The notes: generated from the letters alone by a model not told the origin. Counted from the whole stretch's first letter, positions 14,806-28,680 are shown. The stretch: 61,825 nucleotides of DNA, filler included, from Sluysia triapertura (GCA_046118255.1; 5 parts of 5 records of this genome joined end to end with filler, not necessarily neighbours in it); one strand, 5' to 3'. Program-made: numbers and translations.

Positions 14806-16241
14806 GTATATATGGACAATTAAATAAAAGTAAAATACAAGTGTCACAAAATGTAAACATTCATAAAACGATTTTATAATTATTGAGAAAATTAATTATT
14901 AAATTATTAATATTTGTAAAAAGATAAATTACAATAAAAAATACTTGTTTCAAATAAATATAAGAAAATTTTATTAATCCATAAATAAAATTATAAGTAA
15001 AAACATCGTAGTAAATTTAATAACATCTTAATAAACAAGAAAATAAAAATAGATATGAACTCGTTACACTTAATTAGCAAGCTAAAAATCATGCGAATCA
15101 GACAGTAGCATTAGAATTACGACAAAATCTGATTTAATTAAAACAGAAATGAATATACTAAAAAAGCAAACGAATATGAATGTATACGAGAATTATAATA
15201 TAGCCAAACAATTATTGTATTCGAAAATTAAATTAGTCACTATAACGATAATGTACGCAAAAAAATCAGATAGAAATTGACCATATAATATAAATGACTA
15301 GAAAATACTGTATATAAGGACTATCCTGAAAATAAATTTACTATTATTGTTACAAGTGATAATATTAATATTTATTCGAATTTATAATCATTAAGTTTCG
15401 TATTAATTCGGTTTCGATCAATCATTTAAGCCCACAAGGTCAATAAATTCAAAAAAAAAATTATTGATCTGGTTAATTGATTCATAAATTGTAATTATGC
15501 TGTTATTTTATGAAATGATACGTAAATATTAGTGTTAATTGGTTAATTAACTTCATACTTCTACATCTTCCGCTAGAGCCAAGAATTTATCTCCACGAGA
15601 ACAATTATAAACTGGTTTAATTTACAAAGACGATTATTCGTAAAGAAATAACAGTCGCTCTCCATCTTGTTATATGAATTAAGCCGAATATAATTTAAGG
15701 TTTTATAATTTCAAGTAAATATTTTAAAATTAAAAATTAAATAAAAAGAGAATGCATAAAAATTTCATACCAGAGAATTATATTAGAAACTCTTCAAGTG
15801 TTTGTACATACGTATCCATAATTATAACTACAATATTCAAAATTTGTAGTCACATTTAAATAAGAAAAGTTTAATGTGAAAAGTCATCCGAATATAAAAA
15901 ACCTGAATAAAAAGCTTAAAAGGTAGAATTAATAAGTTTAAATAGTGACTTTGGCTTTGAAGTTTTGTGGAAATCAACTCAACTAACATTACTACTTATA
16001 CATTAAATCAATCATTTATTTGAAGCATTGTTAAATCATAACTGAAAGTGCAGTGTCAAATAGAAAGCATCGTAGCATATCATTTTTAACACACTGAAGC
16101 ACACTAATTATTGGAAATCCGTAATTAAAGTTCAATATACAAAATAATTAATAATAAATATCAATCTGTTTCCAATATTAGATATGATAAACAAAAATGC
16201 AGGTTATATAAAACAATCATGTAAAAAGAATCTTTGTAGAA

Positions 16242-19200
16242 TTATGGTTCTTGCCCAACTCCGCCAACCAAGTTGTACACATATTTTGCAGCAAATAAAG
16301 CAAGATGATTTGCCACATTTTGTTGCTCTGCTTCACTATATACACGAACTACATCTTCGGTACCAGAAGGCCGAACGAATACTCGAGCTCGACATCCGTT
16401 TGCTTTTACTTCTTCAATCATTTCATCAATTCGATTCTGCAATTCAATAGGCTCACATACTTGTCGTTCAGCGTTCGTCGTACGAATTTTACGACGATCA
16501 GATATAGCAACTTGTAATTGACAATACGGCCAACTATCGTACAAATTATACCATTCAGTCATTATTTCAAAGCATGACTTAACTGTCTTCTGTGTCAATT
16601 CATGGAATAGGATGTATTCCAATAATAACAATTGACTAACAGAATCACCGACCGCTTGATTTATAATTCCGTTCAATAAAATTAGACGCAAAATATGATT
16701 TGTTGGCAGAATGTTATTTAAAAAAGTTTCTGCTTGCTTGGATAATAAAATAGATCCGTGGCCATTTGTCTAAATTAAAATAATTATGCTATATTGAATA
16801 TTGTCTATCAAAATAGCATAATTAAAGTAATTTGCAATAAAATAATTACTTAGTTGCATATTTACATTCGATGATACTATTATTTGTAATTGAATATTTT
16901 CATATATTATTTATATTTAAAATTTTGATCAGATTGTCTCAATATTTTAACACAATTTAATGCGTTAAGTAATAATTTAATGTGCTAAATAACAATACAA
17001 AGTTAGTCATTTAAATGATATTAATATTCAATAATAGCCCGAATTTATCTACGAGATCATTTTAATATTAAATGTTTCTATTCTTATATTAATCCAAACA
17101 CTAACTTCAAAGTAAAGTCGAACATCTAATTCTTTACCAACATGATGTAAATACTTGACTCCCGTTGGTACACAAATTACTGGAACTTGCATATCCTTGA
17201 TCAGCATTTCAGTACAAGCACAATTTGCATATGCAGTTTGAATTACACCAACTGATAATCCACTTTCATTCCATCTAGGCACATGTTTTCGTAGCTGGTT
17301 AACAATGAATCGACATATAATTACAGACTGTTTATCACCATCAATTATCAAAAGATTCTACAGATTTGTTTAATCATTTAAATATTATAAAATTTTTACA
17401 TCATTATGTTTCATAAAATAAATAAATCTGTCTGCATCTCCATCCACACTAGCCCATCTATCTCCTTCATTTATTCGGTTTACACTTCCATTATAGATAG
17501 TAGGAAATGAAAGTTTACTCTAATAATGTAATAAATAATACATAATAAATAATAAATAATAAATTATGATATACATTAAATCAAATTTTAACGTTTATAT
17601 ATTTAAAAATGGTATATTTAAAAATTTGTAAGATTTTATAAAAAAACAAGCTTGTCAAGTACATTAAATCGAGAAAGTTTTCCGCGATTCACAACGTAAA
17701 TAATTCGATAAGAAACTAAATGTATTTTTAAATTTTTTAAAGTAATATATTCGACTATAAAATAAGCTTTATTGCTTTTGTGAGAGAAGAACCAGTATCA
17801 TTTTCAAAATATTAATAATAATGAAAAATAATAATAATAATCTTACCTTTATAAAATCAGCTCCACATTTTACGTTGATAACGTCTTCTTTATCCACAAC
17901 TGTATTGCATAATTGCAAATGATTCATCCATTTATTCAACCTCTGCTTTATAACTGACAATTGAATTGCTCCAACACCGTTCGAACAATCAAGATACAGA
18001 CATAAATGTCGATCAAGTAGATCTTTATAATTAATAGTTTCTTCACATAATTTATAAAAACTGTCACATATTTGTTCATAATATGCTGACAAATCAGTAA
18101 ACAGTTTATCTTTATTATCATTCTGAAATTAAATTTAAATATTTATTGTATTATACATTATATACACAAATGATATTGTAATAATCCCATATTATTGTAA
18201 AGTATTATTGAAAATAAAATTGTAATGTATTTACTTTACAACATCGACGAACATTAACCTCAAATAATTTTCAAAAACAGTATAAGTACTCAGAAAAAAC
18301 TTTAAATACGTCAGAAATTAGATAACAAACATGAAGGATCAAACGAAAATACCAATAAAACATGGAAAATCCACTAAAGTGAATACTAATAGACACACAA
18401 CTGTAAGTACAAATGTAATACTAATATATTATTTAGTAGATTGTTCACTATTACTGACTTAACAATTAATTGATTATTAATAAAGTATTATTGACTATTT
18501 ACAAAATTATTACGATAAATTAATAAATTACCCTATTGGAATTAAAGAATATTTGATAGAAGTTACAAAACTTTTAATCAATAACTTTAGTAAGAGTTTA
18601 GTTTGTAGAGTACTTTTGTACGATTAATCTTGATAATTGTTTTTGTAATTTTACAGGTATACGCCATTAGTAAGTCGTATACTGTAAACTGATTCAGAAT
18701 AATAAATTATTTTTCTGTAGGTTAGGTTTTTCAAATTAAGGAAACACCCAGCATATGTATAGCTTAAATTATCACAAGAAAACTTCCTCATATTTCTGAA
18801 AATGTAACATTATCATTAAGTAAATTACACAATTCTTATTGACTTTAAAGTACAATACATTTAAATATAAAATTATCTGAAATTAGTAGAGATACATAAA
18901 TGACTCCCACCAAGAGTATAAAGGTGTACAAAATTTTTGTATTTTGTATTTTATGTTTTTTGAATTTTTATGTTTTTGTAATTTTAAAAAATATAAATTT
19001 TTATTAAAATTTATACTATTTAAAAAATTATTAATTTAATTATATCAAAATTAAAATTGTTATTATTATAAATTAAAAAACATTACAAAAGAAACATCTA
19101 GAAACGATTTTGTTTAATTACATCAAAAAAATTAAAAATGTCTTTATGACGATATAAAGACAGACAAAGCTATTTGCAATTCACAATTTCAATTACAAGT

Positions 19201-21492
19201 CACCAGATTTGGAAAACAAAGGAACCACTCCGCCATTTTACTCAATTGGTTTTGCGAGATTCATTCAGCAATCACATTGGTAAAAATCGATCATCGTGGT
19301 ATTATATTATCCTTCTCAAGGAATTCGTCCAATTTTCAATTTATAAATCAAGGAGATTAAATCGTGTCCCCCATCTGCGATTAGAGGGAACGATTTTCAA
19401 TAGCACAAATAATTTTAAAGAAGAAACAATAATCCATTTTTCGTATTTATTGATTAATCTATTGATTAATTTATATTGATTATATTTATTGATTAATTTA
19501 TATAAGTTATCAACTTTCTGTAGAGTCATAAAATACGTAGTAAAATATCTTTTTTCACGGTTGGTCATTAAGGCCAATCATAAAATAACTCTAAAATATA
19601 AAATCTTAGACCTTTAGTTGGCCCTTAAGGTCGATTATAAAATAGTTATTGCAGGGTTGAATCTTTCGGGCTAGACCCTTATTATAATTCCAATATTATT
19701 TTTATTATAATTTTTGTATTATTTTACATTATTTAATAATTCTAATAGGTTATCATATTAATTTGTGTCAATTGCATTTTATTTTTGTATAATAAAAGTT
19801 ACTAAAGAGTTGTATATTTGTGCATTGTTTTTTAATATATACGTATAGATAATTTATATTCCATAGTCTTTTAAATTGGTAGTTAATTAATACACGAATT
19901 ATAAAATTTCACGGTCACTATATTAGGATTTGGAGACACAAAGGCATTACCATTGTTATCATTTGATTTTCCATAAACTATTGTTGGTCTTGATTATTTT
20001 TTAAGCGATTTAGATTTAGTTAATTGTTGACGATTTTGCCCATTATTGTTAAGGCAAAGAATATTTTTGTACGAATTAATTTTGATAATTGCTTTCACGT
20101 AATTTTACACGTACGCCATTAGTAAGTCGTATACTGTAAACGGACTCATAATAATTAATTATTTTGATGTAGGCTAGGTTTTTAGATTAAGAAAAACATC
20201 CAGCAAAGGTCAAGTAAGCTAGAGAGGTGTAGGCCGGGAAACTGACCGAAAAAATATGATTAATAAAAGTTCTAGGATTTATCATTTTATCTAATTCAAG
20301 TTAGATGTCAACATCAAAAAAAGCAAAGTAAACTGCAAAATAAACAAACTTTTATGTATAAATAAGTTATTAATAATAAAAGTTATTGTAATACCTGTTT
20401 CAGTACAAGAAAATGTAATTGTGGAGTTGTCGTCAGACCAAAATCTCTAAATTTTCCACCAATTACCCGAATACCTGTTTGAATGTTATCGACTATTTTT
20501 GATGACGTAGTTCTAGTATCACAGCCAATGAATACTTGACCTAAAATAAATTATAATGTAAACTATGTTAAAGTTAAATTTTATTATTAAAGTCAAATTA
20601 ATCTGGTTCAAAATAAACATTAAAATGGTACAAATATTACAAAACATTTACATAAATTTATTACCTTCAGAATTCAAAAAAAATAATTAAATAAATTTAA
20701 ATTAAATACAACTTTCTAAAGAATATTTGTTATGATTAAATGCATTGAAAATAAAAATAAATAATAATTTGAATACAACGACACCTCTAACAGAAATATC
20801 AATATGTTCGCGTTTAATGACATTTTGTAAAAATTGCGACACATATTTCGCCGAAATTTTGATTAATTGTAAAGCATATTCTTCCCACGACTCCTTTAAC
20901 AGTTCACCACCTTTGTCAATAACTTTTAAACCATTATCTGTAGCTTTGTTATGCGATGCTGTAACCATAATACCAATAACTGAACCATTCTGAATCAATG
21001 TTTAAAAACGTATATAAATAATGTTAGTTTTTAAATTTATTATTATTAGTTTTTAACTTTATTATAAAAAAATTTCTATTATTGATTATTATCCTATCAG
21101 GGTAATAAAAATATTTTTAACTTGTCTCAAGATACTAATCAATGGTCACTTAAAAGAAATATCTGAAATTACCTGAACTTCTGAAAGATTGGATCAATAA
21201 TTAAACTTTTAACGATTTATTTTTGTCTACTTAAGCCAATATTTTAAAAATTAATGTATTGCAATGATGTACACAAATATAGATGTGCTAAAACATACTT
21301 CATTTAAACATTAAACAAACTAACTTCTTTCATTGATCGTAGAACTGCAAAAATTCCCATCCTGAAAGCAATACCAAATAATCTATTACCATCGGTTCTA
21401 AATCCAGCTGTGCCATACACAAAGTCCTTATCTTTATCATCTATAACGTGTTCATTCAATTGGTGTAACAATTCATTTTCCTGATAAAACAT
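16242..21492 (-). CDS. PGM3: Phosphoacetylglucosamine mutase, complete 7-exon gene (paralog A). Exons 21492-21325, 20989-20785, 20540-20395, 18122-17847, 17519-17400, 17357-17106, 16769-16242; about 564 aa
   Basis: Exons splice in frame at GT..AG. Family motifs: YGTAGFR, MVTASHN (catalytic Ser loop), GCDTR, TTPQLHF, DCSNGVG, CGADFIK, DGDADR (metal loop), [39 protein letters not shown]. Total 1695 nt with no internal stop. Confidence 0.93.
18660..18757 (+). repeat. Dispersed repeat of about 95 bp; other copies at 20113-20205 and 37170-37247, and a partial one at 48239
   Basis: ACGCCATTAGTAAGTCGTATACTGTAAAC...TGTAGG.TAGGTTTTT...AAACA(C/T)CCAGCA. Confidence 0.85.
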
Positions 21493-22528
21493 TTTCTAAT
21501 CTAAACCACAAATTAAATTTAATTTCGATAAATAATTAAAGAAATTAAATCTAATCAAACAAAGTAAATAAATTCAACATCCAAAAAAAATCAAGTTTAA
21601 ATTATTCAATAAAATGAAACTGATTTAAAATACATCATCTTAGTTACATTAATTGCATCCATATAATTGGTTTAACTGCAACTAATTCTTTATGAAATAG
21701 TATTTTAATAATATTTGAAATAGGTTAAATTTAAATAATACATACCATAATTTAAATTTAATAAATAAAAGGGAAACAGATATGTATAATACTGTTTACT
21801 CTATTGGTGTAAAGGTTACATTTAAATAATTTTAATTAATCTAATTGTACTTTTAATTGACATTTGCAATTAAAGCTTATTAATCTTAAATTAAAAAATC
21901 ATAGTTTTATATAGTACTATTTATTATACTAGTATAACGTTTAAAACTGATTAAATATAATACAAATTGTATAAGAATCACGTTAAACTAAAAATGAAAA
22001 CTTTAATTGTATAATATTAATATTAATTTAAAAAATTAATACTATTGGTAAAAATAACCTATTTGAGGTTTTGTAACATTCTACAAAAATAATTTTGCAA
22101 ATTTAAGTTGTAACACTTTATTATTAAATTCATTTTATTGTAGAAACCAAAATCAAAAACCCACATAAAATTGATTAATATGAAAATAAACAATACTAAT
22201 AAATATGAATGTTATTTGTAAATATTATTTATTTAGTTGACAAGTTAATTTTTATTTAATAAGAATATCCCACAAACAATTAATAAACATACAATAAACA
22301 ATATACCATTACGTATTGTGAAATAAACTTATAACAAGAAAGAATTTCTAATAAAATTACAGAAATGGAAAACAATTACTTTACTAAAAACATATATAAA
22401 TCCATATTAACACAAGAACTACAAATATAATTTTTATTTAATGTGCTTACGGCAAATCATTACCTGATAATTCTTTCACAAATTCACAGAATTAAAAATC
22501 ATGCAACAAAAAAAGAGTTACACATTAA

Positions 22529-23770
22529 TTAAATATATTTAATAAGTTCCACAACTTGATTAGCCAAATCATCAGCTTGAGATTGTGTTTTTGCTTCTGC
22601 GTAAACTCGAACAATATCTTCAGTTCCTGATGGTCGAACAAAACATCTTGAATGACCAAATTTTATTTTTAATTTATCAACTAAACAATCCATTTGCTCC
22701 TATTAAATAAAAACATTTTTTTCAAAATGAAACTAATTCAATAAATAAAATAATAATATTGAAATAAAATTACGTGTCACACTTTTTAAATTTCTTTTCT
22801 GAAATGTACTTTTTTCTCCAAAATATAAATATTCATATTATTCAAGTCGCATAAACGCAATACTAGCTTCCAAGATAGTTGCCTACTCCACATACATCTT
22901 AAAATACAACATTTATCAACTTTGATGACATTAGGTGTATATAACTAATGGTAATTTTTTTACGAATCCTAAAATTTTTGCATTTAAAGTGATAACAAAA
23001 CATTCACAATTAAGGTAATAAACTGTTATTGTTTTTCCATGAATAGTTAACAATAATTAAAATAATTGGAGAAAAAGAAAACGGATCACAAGATTTCAAC
23101 ATTGCATCTATCGCAACAGCATAATATCCAAATGAAACAAAATTATTAATAAACTTTAGCCTTATTTCAAAATACAGTTTATATGAACCTATTATTGCTT
23201 ATGGGTACAGAAATAGCAATGAGATTGCACAAGACATTTTAAGTTAGACAAGCTAAACTTAAATTTATGACGTGAACCTATTGTAAACCAACTTATTGCT
23301 TACTAGTCATTAACTCAAACGTAAAACACTTTGATAATGCAACTTCTTGGTTGAACTAAATTCTGTAGAAAAATATTAACATGAATATATGAATCATTTT
23401 CACCAATTTTTTATATCGTTATCAAATACAATTATATAAAAATGAATACTTGCAACGTTTTTGGTGATACTAGTCGTCTTTCGGCGTCAGTAGTTTGAAA
23501 GATATTTCGATCCTTAACAACTTTTAATTGTCGACTCGGATAATCTGTATAAAGATTATACCAAAGTAACATTTTTTCTGATTCACTTTTATTTTGATAA
23601 TATTGTGATAATATATGTTCTACGAGTAACATATCCGTAATAGCATCTCCGTCAGCTTCATTAACCAAATCAATCATTCGAACTAATTCATCCACACCAT
23701 CTAGTTTTCTTTCTTTGAGAATCATTTGTCGTAATTTATCAGAATACAATACAGTACCGTGCCCGTTTGC
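22529..23770 (-). CDS. PGM3: Second phosphoacetylglucosamine mutase paralog (B), last two exons only (23770-23450, 22699-22529); 5' exons are not recognisable before the contig end
   Basis: ag|[10 protein letters not shown]...[11 protein letters not shown]...[34 protein letters not shown]|gt, then ag|EQMD...[29 protein letters not shown]...KYI*. Both exons are open with phase-0 junctions. Confidence 0.88.
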
Positions 23771-23934
23771 CTAATAATATAAATTTGATAGTAATTACGA
23801 AAAATTGATTGTTTCTTTTCTGTCTGACATTTCAATATTAAAAAAGAATAAGCGTTAATGTGATTTTCAAAATTTTCAATTATCAATATAAAACTTAATT
23901 GTAACTTCCTCATTATAAAGACTAAGTTTTGAAC

Positions 23935-24355
23935 CCTTTTGTATCACATTCTTGTGGTCACATGAAAAATGGGTATTAATAAGAGTTACGAAAAGTACTG
24001 ACTTTCTGAAGGTTTTCAAAGTGACTTACCTAAAAATGGTTCTTCTTTATTTGGTGGGATACAATTGGAATTATGAGTTACTGAAAATGGTTGAAACAAT
24101 ATCATCAGAAATCACATCACTTACACCATAAAATTAAACGAGTATTGGTCATGAGAAAAGTTCTATTGCTTCATGACAATGAGACCACATACTTCAAAAG
24201 TTATCTCAGTTAGAGTCTAGATATTACTGAAAATTAGTATTTGTTTCACTCAATGAAATAGGGGATTTGAAAAAGTGGATTATATTAAATTGGCACATAC
24301 GAAATCGAAAGATTTTTACACCAGTGTAACAAAAGATTACCATTGAGGTGGGATT
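23935..24355 (+). mobile_element. mariner transposase remnant inside a PGM3-B intron
   Basis: Decayed motifs in order: EKWV, IWWDT, YELL...ETI, RKVLLLHDN(A)RPHTSK, YLFHSMK, SKDFYTS..RLPLRW. Confidence 0.75.
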
Positions 24356-24360
24356 AAAAT

Positions 24361-25956
24361 TGTAAAGGTTGTAAATAAGTATTTTTATTTGTGAATAAGT
24401 ATTTTTATATAAAATTATTTATATTTCATATTTTATGTATTTTTATGTTTTGTGCATTTATTAAAATTATTCTTTAAAAAATTATAATTACAATTATATT
24501 AAAATTAATTCAAAAAGAAGTTTCTAGAAATGAATTGATTAATAAATCAAATTTATAAATATGCTTCGCGGACCCTCGTCAAAGTAGGACTATGAATGAA
24601 GAAACGCCGTTTTTTGAAGAACAATTCTACGAATAAGTTCCCTTCCAATTCAATTTCCAAAACCAAACCTGGAACATCTCGTCTTACTGGAGCCAATCGC
24701 CGCAGCTTCCGAAGATTCCGATATCTGAAGCCAAATTCTCAGGAAATTTCCTTCAGGATCAATAGTGGAAGATCGATGGGACCAGATACCGAACCTCTAA
24801 CCAAATTAGCACCAGCCCGTAATCTTATGGATGCAATCAGGCCTACATTCTCCATAAAATATACTCTGCGTGCTCGGCTCAGTAGTGGAGGTTCCCGAAA
24901 AATCAAACTGCTCGGATCCAAAGCTCAACTGAAGGAGATCAAGGAACTACCAAAAATAGCCCAGCGCGCTATCTTATGGACGCAGGCAGACCAATTAAAC
25001 CCTCAATTAATACTCCGCATGTCCGGCCCATTAGCGGAGGCGCCCGAAAACATCTAAATAATACTCCGCTTAGTGGGCCCAGTAGCGGGGGGACGAAGAT
25101 CACATAATCCAAAATCTCAATCTGATACTGTTTCTGATTGTAATAAGACTCGTGTTAGTTTTTGTTTATTATGCAATAGCCCACAAAATTATTTTCCGTG
25201 TTTTCTTAATAAGTCCATTAAAATGAACGGATATTGCTGCGCCTTCGTTTATTTTGACATTTTTTTCAAATTCATTCTTCCTTTACTACTCTCTGATCGC
25301 CTTGTTTATGAAATTAAGAATTTTCTCAAATACAACATCTTTCTTTCCGAATTCCATAATCCATTCAACATTACATTCTTTCTGTAACCATGTCAGAGTG
25401 TTTTTCGTAAGGCTATTCTCTTGGCTATATGCTTATAAAAATGCCGAAAACGTTGTCTTAACCTCTTCCATTTATCTTAGCCGCATTAACAATGAGCTTC
25501 AAGCCTTTTATGGAAATACCAGTATCTCCTACCTTCCCCTCAAAACTCTTCGGTCATTTGACTTAAGTAATTCTATAATATCTTTAGTAATTGAAGTAAC
25601 AGGAAGTTTCAAAACATTATTAATAATTATACTTATTCTCATTAGTTCCTTAGGGATATCTTTTCTTTTCTTTTGTCCAATTTTTCTTAATAATTTCCTT
25701 GCCTTATTCTTATACAGACTATCTTCCTTACTTAAAATAGCGAATACTAATTTTATATCATGTCCATTCTGTAAACTTAATTCTGAATTCAATAAATCAT
25801 TTAAATTTTCATTTAAATCTTTGCCATATGTCATATTAGATGAAAATTCTTCAACTTTTTGATTAACTTCTTTAGTTTCTGGGGTATTTATTTTATCGTT
25901 AGCAGCTATTATTATTGATTCCATTTCTTCTATTTCCATCTCTTCTGTGGCACTGT
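24361..25956 (-). mobile_element. Probable LTR-retrotransposon 3' end: LTR-like segment at about 25105-24361 plus adjacent internal ORF 25939-25529
   Basis: Minus strand reads TGTG...CCTTTACA with GC-rich repeats, then TATA-like TTTATAAA, then AATAAA. The architecture is shared with 18915-19690. The ORF has no recognisable domain. Confidence 0.35.
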
Positions 25957-28033
25957 NNNNNNNNNNNNNNNNNNNNNNNNNNNNNNNNNNNNNNNNNNNN
26001 TTAATTAATTAANNNNNNNNNNNNNNNNNNNNNNNNNNNNNNNNNNNNNNNNNNNNCCTAGATTTATTTTGCATAAATTTATAATAATCATTCTCTTCAT
26101 AAAATTATTATATTAAAATTCGAATTCCAGAAAATTGGTAAATTCCGTAAAGCTATTAACAATTGGCAATTAATTGGTAATTATCAGTATATTAGTAATA
26201 ATGAGAAAAGTAATCATAAGATAATGATACTATAATAGTAGCAAACGTGAAATCATTTATAATTATTGTAATATTAGGTTATATAATCGCTACATCTTTC
26301 TGTCTTAATTTTATCTTGTAAGTTGCGTATGGATACTCGACTATTATTTAGGAAATAATCCTTTCATCAACAATAGGGAGAATTCTTAAACATAGAAATT
26401 TTAAATCAATTAAAACTAGTTTATGTATTAATGACGATTTTTACCACTTTCAAAATTCACTATCCAAATGAATATTCGCATTCTCTTTACCATGTTAAAA
26501 TAAAAAACCTTATTTAAATCACCATCCCTATCTATCGGTATATTTCTCATCATAGACAACTGATACTTTCTCATTTTCTTATTTTCACAAAAGTGGATGA
26601 AATTATCGTTCACTTTTGAACCATAAAACTCCCATTTTTTGCCTGATTGCTCGGTATATAAGTTATCAAACAATATTACAATTTGTTATTTTATTGTTCT
26701 ACTATACCACTTGCTTGAAATCGGTTAATCATAATTTATATTCAATCTTAAACATTTTTCAAATTCCATACCATACAATTATCAATTACTCTCTTTGTGA
26801 TCAAATGTGTATCGATCATACCAAAAGTGTTAATGGAAACAGAAAAATTTTACTTAATAAATAATAATAAATAAAAATTATGTTTTGTAGTGAATATTCT
26901 TTAATATATTAAATTCACAAACACGTCACCTTTTCAAATTACGTAGAAATTTATTAATTTATTTTTGAAAAAATTTAACATTTAAAAACTGCCATGACCA
27001 TAAAGATTTTTCTCTGAAAATATTGTTTCAGTTCTTTGAAAAGTTAAAATTCGTTTTGCATCGCAAAGTTAACTAACCTTAAGTACTGATAAGACTTTTG
27101 AATCACTTTTTAGATATGAATTAATATTTCTGGCATTTATTAAAGTTCTTAATAATAAAATACTGTTCTTTTGCACTTTTCCAGATGTTCGAATGCTATA
27201 TAATAATAACAATCTTATGAATCTATAATCAATTAATTGGTTCCGAAAACTTGTGAAAGTAGCTAAACTATTGATTGTACTCAATAACTCATCTATAAAT
27301 TCATAATTATATATACTATTTAATTCAACGCTCGCATTTGCATTAGTAGTAATGAGAATTGTTTCTATATCATTATGATCTTCAATTTGATCCGTTAATT
27401 TCATACAAAGAGATAATAATCTGAATAATTATGGATATTTATTTTGATGAAATAAAAATATTACTTTATTTTTATAATTGTATACATATAGTCTCTTTAT
27501 TATTTTACTTTTAAAATTCAATCGAGTTTCATATTAGAGCTCAAGTTATTATAACTCAAATTATATTTGGTGACTTATATCGTTAATTAAATTAGTTTCT
27601 GTATCGTATAAGTTAGTTCTTAGATATGGAAATTAAATTTTCAAATTTCTGTGTTCAAATAATTCTATACATAATTCACTAAGGTATATTAATAAAACAA
27701 AACTCAATGTAAAATATTTTAATGTATAAATGTAAGATAAAAAGGCACCATACGTAATTGTATTTTATTTTCTTTATTTAATTACTAGAATCAATTACAA
27801 ATATAGTGTGACTAAGTTATGAAAATTATTAATCAAATCAATGATAAAGGGATTAATTAAATTATTATCTCAACCAAATCTAACTTAATATACTATTTTG
27901 AATATTAGTCGCCATAAAAGTTGAAGTTATGTTCAAACCGAAACTAAACTAATTAAAGAATTGTTGAATCTGGGAACATAATTTCATTATATTTCTCCAA
28001 GAACTTATTTTTGACTTTTAATTTACGTTACAT

Positions 28034-28111
28034 TTAACATGATCGCGGTCAACTACGAGTTATCTCCTAGTTATAATTTGTGTTTGTGTCACTCGGCAGG
28101 GAACATGTTAA
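28034..28111. mobile_element. Tiny piggyBac-type MITE remnant
   Basis: TTAACATGATC ... GAACATGTTAA termini with an internal imperfect palindrome. Confidence 0.55.
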
Positions 28112-28139
28112 CTTCTAGCTTTAGAGCATGTGCCTAATT

Positions 28140-28680
28140 CCATGTTACCGCCCAATAACCACTATTTTTTTATTCATATCCGCAGATGGAACTTTTAGAT
28201 TTTTAAGACAATATATGTAAGTACTCGCGTTGAAAATGTGTTGCTTTTGTAAATATTATCGCTGCCAAGAAAACATCACCACTTTCTCGAATATTCAGAT
28301 CAAATATAATTTCACTATCCTTAATCGAAAACCTCTCCAACTGATTGGATATCCATATACCAACACTCACTTCAAACTGATTTAACATGTATTTCACTGT
28401 TTCACACCAACTATTTTATTTTTGATTAGTTCATTCGGTTTAATTTTTGAGCAATCTATTGTAGTAATAAAATCAGTTTTTCTCACATTTGATTATTTCA
28501 TTATTACCAGTTATTAGTCTACAAATTCCACCAAGAATGTCTCTCAAGTTTTTCGAATGACAGTTATTCGAATGATCTGGTTTTTTACATTTGAAGTAAT
28601 TTCCCTCTTTTTAATTTATCCAATTTATCAACACAAATTAATAGATCAACTGGTTTCTGTCACAGCATCCGGAAAAGTGT
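28140..28680 (-). mobile_element. Ty3/Gypsy gag-protease remnant
   Basis: LKKEGNYFKCKKPDHSNNCH is a decayed zinc knuckle. It is followed by AIIFTKATHF (cf. ALIDTGATH.F) and an LLG..W-like segment. Confidence 0.45.

Noticed and set aside
16184-16517. Plus-strand ORFs overlapping PGM3 exons (also 20745-20993)
   Set aside because: They are antisense shadows of the real minus-strand exons.
24596-25057. 153-aa plus-strand ORF
   Set aside because: It has no recognisable domain; the openness is explained by locally high GC in a repeat.
24860-25100. Repeat-spacer-like spacing suggesting a CRISPR array
   Set aside because: There are only three degenerate, irregularly spaced units, in a eukaryotic context with no cas genes.
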